The position numbers were made by a program, and so were the translations under genes. A stretch of 64,000 bases of DNA from Balanoglossus misakiensis (Eukaryota; Animalia; Hemichordata): contig CM082582.2 of NCBI GenBank assembly GCA_040954595.2, positions 62,001-126,000 of the forward strand. The letters are read 5' to 3'. Shown here piece by piece: positions 51,838 to 63,637 of the stretch. The first letter of the stretch is position 1. The number at the start of each line of letters is the position of its first letter. Under the pieces are notes generated by a model. That model had not been told where the DNA came from. It saw only the letters and a list, made by a program, of their open reading frames with translations, and did not search any database.

Positions 51838-53366
51838 GTGGCAAACAGAAAGCCTGTTTTACCACTGCCAGCAGTGCATTATTGAGTATTTTAGCATCGC
51901 TGGATTTAGCTCTCGTCCAATCAGAATTGCGGACGGTAGCATGATATAATATAATTGAGAATAAATCTCACGACAAGTGTACAGTTTGACAATGTACACA
52001 GATAATCCGTTTCAACAATGTTTCCTTTGTAGTGTGAATAAAACTGCACACTTTGCAAGTTTTCAACTTCAAAACACTATGGCTATTACAAAGACAAAGC
52101 TGCTAATATACAGTGTATACCTGTCATTTTTGTTTGTGGTGAGATTTTCATTGGCACAGTCGCACAGAGCTCACACAAGAGGAAATCACACTTTCTGTTG
52201 AATTCACTGCATCCTGCTAACTTTAAGTCATATATCCAGTGAAACATTAAGTTATAGAATTTTCCATCGCAGTATTCTGTTTTATATACATGTATAGCAG
52301 TCCCACACATATTGATTAATTTGACAAAAGAAACTGACTGACAATTTTCACAGCGCTCCCGGTATAGCATCCTTGGCAGGTGCACGTCAATGCCCCACAC
52401 GAGGTTAGGGTTAGCAAGTGCTGCCATTTTGACATGGGTTGTTAGCACTGATCAATTCCTATGCATGACAGAAAAATGAAGAATTAGGCTATGGGCCGGA
52501 CCTGCCTATCGTTTCAAAACGCACTCTGTATATTAGGGTCTATTTCTTTTACATAAAAACAAGTCTTCTTGCTCTAATATGATAAAAGAAAAAAACTTCA
52601 ACTTAAATATTGCGTCCTCAGAGGTAATATCGAGCCCTAAAAATCAGGTATGCTAATGCGGTTAAAGGTCGTGCAGTTCTCCTTATAACAAGCGATCTTA
52701 TTGGTGGTTACGTGACTGCACCAATCACAGAATGCGTTATGTCACTCAGCAATTACACACACAGGGCAAACTATCAGGCAGCTACATGTATACTAGTATA
52801 CATGTTACAGAAGATTAAACAGAATTGTTGGTAAGGAAAGTTTGAGCAGACTAGTCCATTCAATGTAAAAAATGGTGCTGATTCCAAAAAAGTCAGTCTT
52901 ATTGACCCCTTTCAAGACAAAATTGCCATTTTTGCCACTTTTAACCCAAAAGGTCATTTAAAAAACACTCAAAACACACTGTTTTCATCACATTCGGAGA
53001 TCTGATGACATTTGAGGATTATGCGGAAACAGTGACACACCAGAATAAAAATTACAGGTGACATTTGCAAGCAGATATGATCTGACCACATAGAAATATG
53101 GAATGTAAAAACATTAACAAGGAACATGCCCAATAAACTGTCATGTGTCAAGGCAGTCTTACAAGTGGTGCTAGAAAAAAAAATGACCAAAAATTGTCTG
53201 TACAAACACATATGCGAAGCAACTTCTTTCAGTCAGCCCTGGAACAGACACACACTGACCTGCCACTGGTAATTAAAATTTGATAGCTGGTGGTCTCTGT
53301 AACAGCTGGCCTATTTAAGTTATGTAAACATGTCTTTGTTCGAGGTAACAACTCCTTGTAAATAGT

Positions 53367-54374
53367 AACTTTAAAAACAACTGGACAATTTGTTTAGGAA
53401 AAGATTTGCTAACCAAAAACTAAGAAACTTACCAAAAAAACTCGCTAAATATTTAATCTTTCTGATCTCAGAATTGAATAAAAGTTGCACATATACAGGT
53501 ATGTGTTATGAAATTATATCCTAAATTTCAAAGCAATCAGAGAAAAAACTAATTTCAAAGCAATCCAACAAGCAGTTTCACAGAAAATATTTGTTCAAAA
53601 GTGGCAAAAACACAAATATCACCAAAATTGTACAATATCTTACTTCAATCACTACAAGGAACATGCTGCCTAAGTTCAATGCAATAGGACAAGTGGTTTC
53701 AGAGAAAACAATTTTTGACAAAAATTGCAAAAGTTTCCCCGATAACACATTTATGCAAATATCTCTTTTTTTTTACAACATATTATTTAGGTTACCCATA
53801 CGAACATGCCTACCAAATTGCAAAGCAATCTGGCATGAGGTTTTAAAGAAAAACATTTTTTGACCAAAAATGGCAAATATTGCTCAAAATTATAGATATG
53901 CAAATTTTGCAACAATTTGAACAAAACTATGGTTCTTTGACAACATTAGGAGGCTTCATACTAAATTTCAAAGACTTTTTACCAATAACATGGAAAAACA
54001 CAAAAAAATGCAAAAAAAATAGGAAATCGATAATATTAGCTCAAAACATACAGGATTGTATGAGGTTGATATAAGGTACATGCATACCAATTTTCAAATC
54101 AATATGACCAGTGGTTGTCCAGTTTTTGAGTTTTGACCAATTTCACATTTTCCCAGCTAATTTGCATATTTTTGGCAATGACATCTTCATTTGAACAAAC
54201 TCCCATCTACAGCCCTGCCTGCATCTACACGCCAAATATCGAGGTCATACGCGCTGCGGTTTTCAAGTTTTTGATGTGGACGGACATACAGACATACATC
54301 CATCCATCCATCCATACATACAGACGTAACCAATCCCATAAGGTTCCATGGTACATACCAATGGGACCTAAAAA
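53367..54374 (-). mobile_element. HINE-like element, copy 4
   Basis: Colinear with 3955-4973; small indels. Confidence 0.58.
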
Positions 54375-54386
54375 CTTGTGACTTAC

Positions 54387-57300
54387 ATGTAACACATGTT
54401 TGCCCAGTGTAGCAGGTTGGACAGTTGCAGGTGTAGATTGAGCAGGAGCCTTGAAGTGGCTGATACACTCCGTTATTCAGACATGGGTTTAGAAGACAAT
54501 GGTTGATCGCTAAGGGTGAGAGAAATGAAAAGTATCACATTAGGGTCTTACACACTTGAGTGGGAAGTGAAATCTGTAGCAGACTGTCAGAAGATTGCAC
54601 ATCCGTGTGATCATGTTCATGTGTGAAGGATAATGAAGACCACTTGATCCAAGCTTGGTGCTACCATCTTTATCATAATTACAACATCTTATAATATTTA
54701 CTAGTTGGGGGTGGGGTGGGGTGGGGGTGGGGGTAGTTGATGTCATAACTTTCTGATGTTTCAATTTACGGTTGGAAAAATAGCAACATCTACTCTGATG
54801 AGCATTTGAGTCAATGAAAGTATACATCATGGCTACGGTAGTGCATATAAGTCTCTTGGTTAGCTGCACAATCACAGGCAACTTTATTGAGACAATATCA
54901 ATGACAAAGCCCAGCGATTTCTACTTTGTGCGGCAAATCTGACACTGGTTTGCTTACGTTCAGCGCACGTGGTTCCGATGAAACAGCGCGAACTCTGGCA
55001 TCTGAACTCGGTGCAGGACACTTGCTGGCAGAATCCACTGTTTAGACAAGGGTTGGGCTGACACGGATTCAAATCTGTGCACAGAAGAGAAAGTGATATA
55101 AATTGTGTACAGTTAATATTTACTACATATACTTTAAACAGATTTGTGCAGTCAGGGTTGAGTGGTAAAAATCTCAGTTGGTCAACAGAACATCACTGTG
55201 ACAAATTTCTTCCATGTTCAACAAAAGAAACGTAATGAAATTTTGACACAGGTGTAATAGTGTCTTAGTGTACCATACGGTGCAGGTTGTTGTTTGGTCA
55301 AATACACAATCCCCTTTTATGGCACACACATTCTTAATAAATTTCCCCAAAATTGTGTCGTTATTCACTGTTTGATACAGGTTGGAAGAAACCAACTGCA
55401 AGCCGATTATGTGTTATGTTATTATGTTCCTCTTCATCTGAAATTTAAAATCACTCACATGTCTGACATAAATCGCCGGAGTAACAGCTTGTACAGGAGC
55501 ATGTGAATTCAGTACACCAATTGGGCGTCAGCACACAGTTTCCACCATTCTGACACTGGATGGGTTGACACTGGTTGACAGCTGTGGGATGTTCAGTCAA
55601 GATATTGTCAAAATTACAGAATCTACAAACTACACTCCACAGTCATGTACATGTATACATGACAACAACCAAACGGCTGTTTTGAAAAACCAAATGCTGT
55701 GAAATCCTTTAGAGTGTGACAAGAAACCACAGTTGCAACCGAAAACAAAAATAGTGATAACTTTAAGCTAGCCCAAAGTTTGAGTTACCAGGGCTTTAAT
55801 ATGTGTACCGTACTTATATTATATAATACATAACAAGTGTTTTGCATTGAATAAAATAATATTGGTTTGTACTTACGCATTGTACATGTGGCACCAGTGA
55901 AGCATTTGGTACACATACAGTCAAACAGGAAACAGCCGTCTCGCGCAACGCAAATGCCACCATTTTGACAAGGCATAGAGTATAACTGATCAATGGCTGC
56001 CAAAACAAAAATGAAAGTATCAATTACCTGCTTGTCAAAAACTTGTACATGTACTTGTGATGTTCATTTCGTTTAAATATGTGAGCAATGTCTTCATTCC
56101 TTGTTTCAAACCTGTACATTTAAAATAACATAATGATGCTATTGCTAGGATTTTTCTGTAAGAATCTTGAAAAATTAAAAAATGTGCCATCAACATGATA
56201 CAGAAGGCTTTCCTTTTTAACGTGCACCTCACACTCAATTTTGACCCTACATCAGCAAATTTTGAAAGGATGAAACTTAGTAATGCTTCCACCCCATTTA
56301 TTGGTGTATGGGTCCATCTATCACATTGAGAATACCAAAAATGAGGGTTTATATACCACGCTGTGTCATAAAACAGTAATTCGACACACCTACGGCACAG
56401 ATGGCCCCAGTCCAACACTACTGGCAGTAACAGGTGTAGTCAGTATAAGAATTTGGTGTTTGGGAACAATAGCCTCCATTTTGACACGGATTCTGATCAC
56501 ATGGGTTAATGACTATCAGAAAAAAAATAGTTTAAAAAACATGAAATGCAGATGGCTACACCTCAACCAAAGATGATTCCTGCACCACAACAAAATCCTT
56601 TGACACAAGCATTATACTGGAACCATACCCAGAACACGCATTAAGTATATGATGAAGGGAAAATGTCTCTATTTTGGGTAATACAGTAAAACCTGTCTTT
56701 ATGGACACCTCTCTAATCAGAACACCTAGTAAGATTGATTTTTCAAGCCAAATAGTAAGGATAATTAAGGACGTCTCTTTTACTTAATACTCAGATGTGT
56801 GCACCACCTTAGGAGAGATTACCTCACATGCACAATTATCTCTACAGACACTAGTCTTCAAGAGGCAACTCTTGTATATTTGAGTGATGAAAACATCCAG
56901 CTTCGTACACTTCCTCACAAGTTCGTGCCTATCCTAAATTGCACGGACATACAAATGAAATTTCTGTTTTCTTTTCTCTTGTGGAAATTTTAGAAATGAG
57001 AAGTTACCACACAATTCAATTGCCATGAAGAGAAAGTGCCCAAAAGATTGTCATTTACAGTACGTCAGAAACTTACATATTTCACAACAGTTACCCTCAT
57101 AGCAACCAGTACAGGCACAGGTATATGCCGTGCAGGAGTTGGCCACTGCATTACATACAGCCCCGTTGAGACAGCTGTTTCGCTGGCATGGATCTTGGAC
57201 TGCAATAAAAAGTGCAACCTAATGTTATCTCAGCAATATTTACTTTCAAAATCTGTTTGATAAAAACATCATCATTACCATTACTGTAAATACTGAACGG

Positions 57301-58914
57301 AACTTCACTTCCAAAAACAACTTGCTCATTCTGGGACGCACTTGTGGGGCTATGAAAATCTCTGTATATGTATCTTGTGTAGGGAAAATTTTCATGAACG
57401 ATCAACATTTTTTTCTTCAAATAAACATGTTTTCTTTCAGTTGTACATCATTTTTGAGGTGAACGATTCCCAAGGCCCAAGGTGTGATGCTGAAGATGAA
57501 AATATAAAGTATGACCAACAGACAATGTATTGAGACATGATTGTAAATGTTAGTTCCTGCATGACAAATGTTTGTTTTAATGAGTTTTACACTGGCTGCA
57601 GTGTGTGCCGGTGAAACATCCTGGACAAGTACACTCATAAGTTGTACACGACAGCTGAGTACACCGCCCATTGTTCAGGCATGGACTTGGCCTATATGGT
57701 GTTTGTTCTGTTTCAATGGCATGAAAAAAAAATAGTAGTGACATAAGTTTTTAGGGTATGACCATTTCCCTAATTCCTACAGCTGTGGTTCTATCGGGTT
57801 CTCCTAACTGAGCCTCCTAAATGTATAACTGAACAATAAGAATTACTTATTATACTTTTGGGAGTTTAGGACTTTGGTAATTGAAAAAAGACTCAATTCC
57901 TGAAAGTGCCTATTTGGTTTGTCACATCCTAAATATACAGGTAATTTCATAGCTGCCAGCTATGACAAATATACTGGTATGATGGGGGAAAAACGTGCCG
58001 AAGTAAGGAAGTCATTGTCCAACTGTCCTGGGTGTTAATTATATGCAAAAGAACATCATCATACAGATAATCCCCAAACCCTTTGATCTTTGCCGCAGTT
58101 GCTCGTCCTTCTTTCTCTAGGGTCTATGGCTTGACAGATGTCACCTGTGTAAGAGTTCACACACTGGCATGAATAGAAATTGCACGATGTTTGCTGGCAA
58201 ATCCACCATTCATACATGGGTTGGGATCACAGGGGTTTTGCACTGGAAATTGAGAAAGGACGCCATTTTATTCCTTGCTACTCATTCTACAGATATGGCA
58301 AAAACCTTGCAGAATTATGGCAAGGGTGTGTGGAGTGATTGTGCCTACAACTTATATTAGGCTGGTATCAAGTTGTTCACACCTCCATAGATCATGTGGC
58401 AGTGACTGTGAGGCAAGGGCTTCCCTTCATGAAATCAATGACTTGTGTACTGGAGGAGGGTTCCTTGCAAATGCTTGACTTGACTTCAAGCATACCTGTA
58501 GACTCATATGCAAATTTACACTATCTGGGCTGGAGTGAGAATTTCCATAGTGGATGTGTGTTGACAAAAGGCTGTAAAATTGGCCAGTCGCGCATAATGT
58601 TTCTTGAACTAAGACAATCAAGACATTATGCGCTACGAAAGTGATTTTGATTGGGAAGAGTGTAATCTTGCATTCGATGTCAAGAACGCTCCAAGCTCTG
58701 CTGTGGTGATGGCTACACCTATGCTCAGGAAACATGCAGTATTTGAATGCATCAGAGACAAAAGGTAAAAGAGACTGCGCTGTATATTTACATATCTCAC
58801 ACCTATCACCTTTGTAGCAACCAGTACATATGCAGGTGAGATCAAAGCAGGAATTTCGAGCCGGTTGACAGAAGCCACCATTCTGGCACGGATTTGGTGG
58901 ACACTGGTTGAGTC
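54387..58914 (-). pseudogene. 8-Cys EGF exon array, copy 4 (exons b, c, e-k; exon d deleted)
   Basis: Colinear exons; junction GGGGGAAAA|AC|GTGCCGAAG at ~57993 removes exon d and the left arm of the AT-TSD MITE; exon b at 58792-58914. Confidence 0.85.
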
Positions 58915-59143
58915 CTACAAGGAAAAGGGTCAAATTTTCCATGATCATCAATGTCATGTGATTATGAATGTATGTAAGTGGCTGAAAAAAATTCCCAGGG
59001 GTGAGTTTCCTACAAAAATTGTGATGTGACAAACCGACAAATTAGCATATTAGCATAATCAGAATAAATAAAAAAATGCACAGGTAGTTTAAAAGAACAA
59101 ACACTTTGGAAACGGAATAGAGCTAAGCTGCTGTCCCTTTCTA

Positions 59144-60219
59144 ATTGTTACTCGTTCAAAAATCACTTGTCACATCACTCCAATTTTGTATCAGTTGCAC
59201 TGGCTATCTGTTACAGAGCGTATTGTTTTTAAGATGTTAGTTCTCATTTTTAAATCCATTCATAAACTTGGTCCAATCTATCTTTCTAGCATGACTAATC
59301 TATATGTTCCGTGTCGCAATTTAAAGGGGAAATCCGTTGTAGCTGATTTCTACATAATTTGGTAGCTTTGATGTCACTCTTTCAGAAAAAAACATATTCG
59401 CCATGTATAGGTCGCGCGATTTTTTACAAAATCTAGGGAAAGTTGGCAGAATTTCCAATATGGCGTTTACTGTAATTTGAATCATGGGAAAAAAAGCGCC
59501 AGGACCAACTTCCGCCCACCATGGTGTGGGTGATACCATTCTCCGATAGGTGTCACTGGGCGACAGACTAGGCGTATTTTCATAGCTATTGTTTGTTCTT
59601 TGCATCAGTTGATAAACAATCATCAGCAAAGTCGAAAATTTGTCATCTATTGACAGTTTTCATGAGCTATAACCCATCGAAAATATGCAAATACGCTTAG
59701 CTTGTGACGCAGTGACACCAATCGGAAAATGGTATCACCCACACTAAGGTGGGCGGAAGTTGGTCCTGGCGCTTTTTTTCCCATGATTCAAATTACAGTA
59801 AACGCCATATTGGAACTTTCTCTAGATTTTGTAAAAAATCGCGCGACCTATACATGGCGAATATGTTTTTTTCTGAAAGAGTGACATCAAAGCTACCAAA
59901 TTATGTAGAAATCAGCTACGACGGATTTCCCCTTTAAGGTCAGCTGATCAGTTCAAACTCTGCCCTGTTCGATCACGCACCAAGAGTTATGGTGATCGTG
60001 CTTTTACTGTTGCTGCTCCAATTCTTTGGAATAATCTTCCACTTACCATTCGCCAGGCACCAGACTTATCTGTTTTTAAATCAAATGTTAAAACTTTACT
60101 TTTTAAATCTGTTTTTTAGCCAGTTGTTGTATTGTACTTTTGCTTTGGGCGTCATTGATCACATTTTTTGTGGATACTGACGCTATACAAATAAATTATT
60201 ATTATTATTATTATTATTA
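59144..60219 (+). mobile_element. 5'-truncated L2 LINE 3' end with (TTA)n tail and TTTCTA TSD, private to copy 4
   Basis: Encodes HITPILYQLHWLSV...RNL/RSADQ...GDRAFTVAAPILWNNLP...FKSNVKTLLF; 3' stem GCGTCA...TGACGC; TSD 59138-59143 and 60220-60225; empty site CCCTTTCTATTTTTG at ~10912 in copy 1. Confidence 0.9.
59325..59933. mobile_element. Kolobok-like foldback MITE (609 bp, ~230-bp arms) nested in the L2 fragment
   Basis: TTAA|AGGGGAAATCCGTTGTAGCTGATTTCTAC ... GTAGAAATCAGCTACGACGGATTTCCCCT|TTAA; removing it restores the L2 frame. Confidence 0.9.
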
Positions 60220-60314
60220 TTTCTATTTTTGTGTTTGTACAACATCAGTGAAGTTTAAATCATAATAAAAAAAATGATAATTATCATTATTAACTGCTAT
60301 AGATTCAAACTTAC

Positions 60315-60437
60315 TTGTCTCACACCTGGTTTCCTAGTAACACTCTGTGCACATGCCAATGGTGGCAGTACAAGAATTTGCCTGTTGTTGGCAGGTACCT
60401 CCATTGAGACAAGGACTAGCGAAGCATGGATTAGGAA
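60315..60437 (-). pseudogene. EGF-like exon a, full length (123 nt; in-frame TAG)
   Basis: ccag|PNPCFASPCLNGGTCQQQANSCTATIGMCTECY*ETRCET|gtaagt. Confidence 0.87.
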
Positions 60438-60673
60438 CTGGAAGACAGGAATTCAAAATTTTATACAACACTTACCTATGGTAACACCAGTACACGTTCA
60501 TTATTTCTCTGTTATGTTTTTATACTGGTGATTTTACTGTTTTTATTACCGATCATATGACTGACTTAAAGATGATGATGATGATGATGATGATAATGAC
60601 TACACCTGCTATTATTACTACAATGTACCTCAGCACTTAGATTTTTTAATAAATGACAAAGTACTGTACTCAC

Positions 60674-60803
60674 GTGTTTCACATGTGAAGCCCAGGTAGC
60701 AGCCAGCACATTGACATGTGACGCCTGTATAAGATCCCTGGATTGCTTGGCAAGTACCAGCATTCCGGCATGGGTTAAGGTTTGTGTTCGCACGGATTCA
60801 TTG
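60674..60803 (-). pseudogene. EGF-like exon 0 (130 nt = 123 + 7-nt insertion), present only in copy 4
   Basis: gcag|MNPCE/LNPCRNAGTCQAIQGSYTGVTCQCAGCYLGFTCET|gtgagt. Confidence 0.85.
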
Positions 60804-61625
60804 CTGCAAATGTACACAATATTTACAAAATAAAACAGTATACAACTGTAAGGATTTATAATCATCAATTGTGAATATCACACCAATCAAGGCCTTTCAA
60901 TGCACCCTGATTGCTGAGAGCTGAAATACGTGAACCAACGTGTATTTGTTTTCACTACTATATCACATGACATTCTGCATCTCTTTTCCATAGTTTTGGA
61001 GTCTGCACCCAACATTGTATTCCGGGGTAGCACTACACGGAACCCCGAAACTTTTTCGTCATCATCCGAGTACTTTTCCCAGCATGCAGTTGCCAAGAAG
61101 GCTGCACAGGGAGTTTTTATTTTTGCACTGGTATACAATTTTTTTATTCGTCAATTTCACAGACACATGCATTGCACATCAAAATTTTGCGTCAGAAGTG
61201 AGGACAACTTAACTAAGTACCAATGCAATGTGGTTTTAGGCGGATTTGAACTTTTCCTTTAATGTAACAGTTGTATTGACATGCGATTATCATACTGAAC
61301 ATGAAGCAATCTCAAAATTGCTAAAAATAAAATAATTCAGGACATTTAGATTCTACAATGGTGAAAACATATGACAAACCTCCCAAAATTCTTATTTTTG
61401 AGGCCATTTTACAAAAATCTATGAGCCTGGCAAAATCTGAAAGAGGTGCTAGATAAAGGGTGCTTTTTCAAAACTCTAGATGGTTGACCCCCAATTTTTA
61501 TTCCATAGATTAAATGTTTAGAAGTCATAGTATCATCAGTATTAATTTTAACATGATCAGACGACCCTTTATTTCGAGGTGCGCAACACCTTAAATATGT
61601 TTTTACGACTAAGACGACTACAAAC

Positions 61626-61842
61626 CTGGTAGAAGGGGAGTACATGTTGTTGATGGTCCCAGAGAGTAGGTTCTTGATGTGCAGGCAAGTGGGTGATGTT
61701 GCTGCACACTGACAGCCTGGATCGCAAGGGGTACAGGATACTTCTGTGGCTGTGTCAGCATAATAACTTGATGGACAAGGAATGGGGCTGTCTGACCCAT
61801 CTGGACAGTAGTTACCTACACCGCAATCAGCACATGTCATGT
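61626..61842 (-). pseudogene. Cys-rich (GCC2/GCC3-like) exon, frameshifted, present only in copy 4
   Basis: acag|MTCADCGVGNYCPDGSDSPIPCPSSYYADTATEVSCTPCDPGCQCAAT/ACTSRTYSLGPSTTCTPLLP|gtttgt. Confidence 0.82.
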
Positions 61843-62019
61843 CTGTAGAATAACAGCAGCTTGTTTAGTGAGTGTTTTGCCGATATGACAGAGTTCAAGT
61901 ATGCTTATTTGGTTAAATTTTAAAAGGAATATCACCAGCTGTTTTAGAGTTAATATTGCGAAAGGGACTTCATAAGTTGTCTGAAAACACCAGTTTCCCC
62001 AATTTTCACTAATGTATAG

Positions 62020-63025
62020 GAATACATGAGAAGTCAGCCAGATTAGAAGTCGGCCAGTACGTGCGTATGAGAAGTCGGCCTGTACGAGAAGTCAGCCAGT
62101 TGTTGAACTTGTACCCGAATAGTGCAGTGATGACCCAGATTACTTATAACAACACTTAATAAAATATAATTGCACTAAATATTTTCATTTGGATGGATTT
62201 CCCAAATTCTTGACAACACAATGGCGTCATTTCAAATAATGGCGTCTGGCATCCGTACCGGTTCCCCAGCCCCGTATCCGCGTAAGGAGCTTAGGTTGTT
62301 CACCAAATTCCTGTGACATTTCTGATTAAAGGGACAAAGTCTCTCCCTCGCGAACCTTTTTCCATTAATTATGTTTGATACAAGACACCGTTCACATTAT
62401 TCTACATGTGGATATATTGAGAATCCACATTCAACTACAGACAAATTCCATCCCGTTTGTAGGATATGAGTGTAAAAATCCCGCCAAAATGAATAAATGG
62501 TAAACACCGATTATTCATTTTGGCAAGTTTTTCACTCTCGTGTCTACAAGTCGTATTGAAGTTGTGTGTGGTTGAACGTTGATTCACTATATATCCACAT
62601 TTAGAATACATAAATGGTGTCTTGTATCAAATATTATTAATGGAAAAAGGGCAGCGAGAGAGAGACTTTGTCCCTTTAAAGGGAGTTGTTTCAAAGCCTA
62701 CTAAAATACATAGAAGATGTATGTGTATATTCATACTTTGAGACAACACCAAACAAACAAACGTGACGAGGAACAGACTACTGGCGTAGCGCAAGAAGTG
62801 CAGGTGACTGATGTTGACGTACCCCGGTGACGTACATGAAAAGTGAACAGACAGTTTTAAAATTCATCGGCTATTTGTACAAATATCTCAGCTCCTGTAC
62901 ATCAAGGAAACATTTCGTAGTGAAACAGTTATATATAACACAAAGTACCAGGGTTCTCTCCCACAGGCCGACTTCTCGTACTGGCCGATACCGACTTCTC
63001 ATACTGGTCGACTTCTCAGGACACC
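62020..63025. mobile_element. Mutator-like foldback MITE, copy 4 (contains a nested Kolobok-like MITE)
   Basis: ATGTATAG TSD at 62012-62019 and 63026-63033; GAGAAGTC/GACTTCTC repeats. Confidence 0.7.
62330..62675. mobile_element. Kolobok-like MITE C (346 bp), private to copy 4
   Basis: TTAA|AGGGACAAAGTCTCTCCCTCGC ... GCGAGAGAGAGACTTTGTCCCT|TTAA; empty TTAA site at 11468-11471 in copy 1. Confidence 0.9.
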
Positions 63026-63137
63026 ATGTATAGCATAGCTGTTGAACTCAAAAAATATGTAAAACTACAAGTGATGTAAACAACTTGTGGAACCATGTTC
63101 AAATCGAGACCAGAAGAAAAGAGATTTCAAGACTTAC

Positions 63138-63637
63138 CTCCTTCAACACTTTACTGCCCTGTAGCGCACTGTGTGACACTTGTAGTTGTGCATTCATAAC
63201 CAGAAGGACGTGGCCGAACCTAGCGAGTATGAACCTATCACAGAAAAAATTCAAAGAACGATTGGTTTGAGAGATGTCCGTAATCACAGATGTTACTGTA
63301 CAATACCTCTTCAGTGGAATCTTTGTGTTTTTCAAAGTGCGTCACAATATCAACTCCAATGAGCATAACAGTTTAATTTTCTGTGTATGTCATGCTATAA
63401 CACAGGGAAGTCACAAGAGTGATTTGCAGCCCAACTTACCAGTAACTGTTGAACAATCAACTACGGGTGACATGGTTGGACACTTGGATCCTGCTGGACA
63501 AGGCGTGCATGTTCCGTCGCCTTCCATAGCATATTCACCATTGCCACAGTCAAGCGGATCTTACATTGGATCTAAACACGATTGTCCGGCAGGGCACAGA
63601 AGACGGGATGTGCGTGCAGGCTCCTCACTTATTTCAT
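63138..63637 (-). pseudogene. Two Cys-rich exons (63138-63234, 63440-63637), copy 4
   Basis: Paralogs of 11940-12036 and 12273-12470 with the same stop codons. Confidence 0.82.

Noticed and set aside
58427-59032. 201-aa - strand ORF as a gene
   Set aside because: It is EGF exon b read through intronic flanks; the flanks have no coding features
60570-60600. (GAT)n tract giving a poly-His ORF end
   Set aside because: Simple intronic microsatellite
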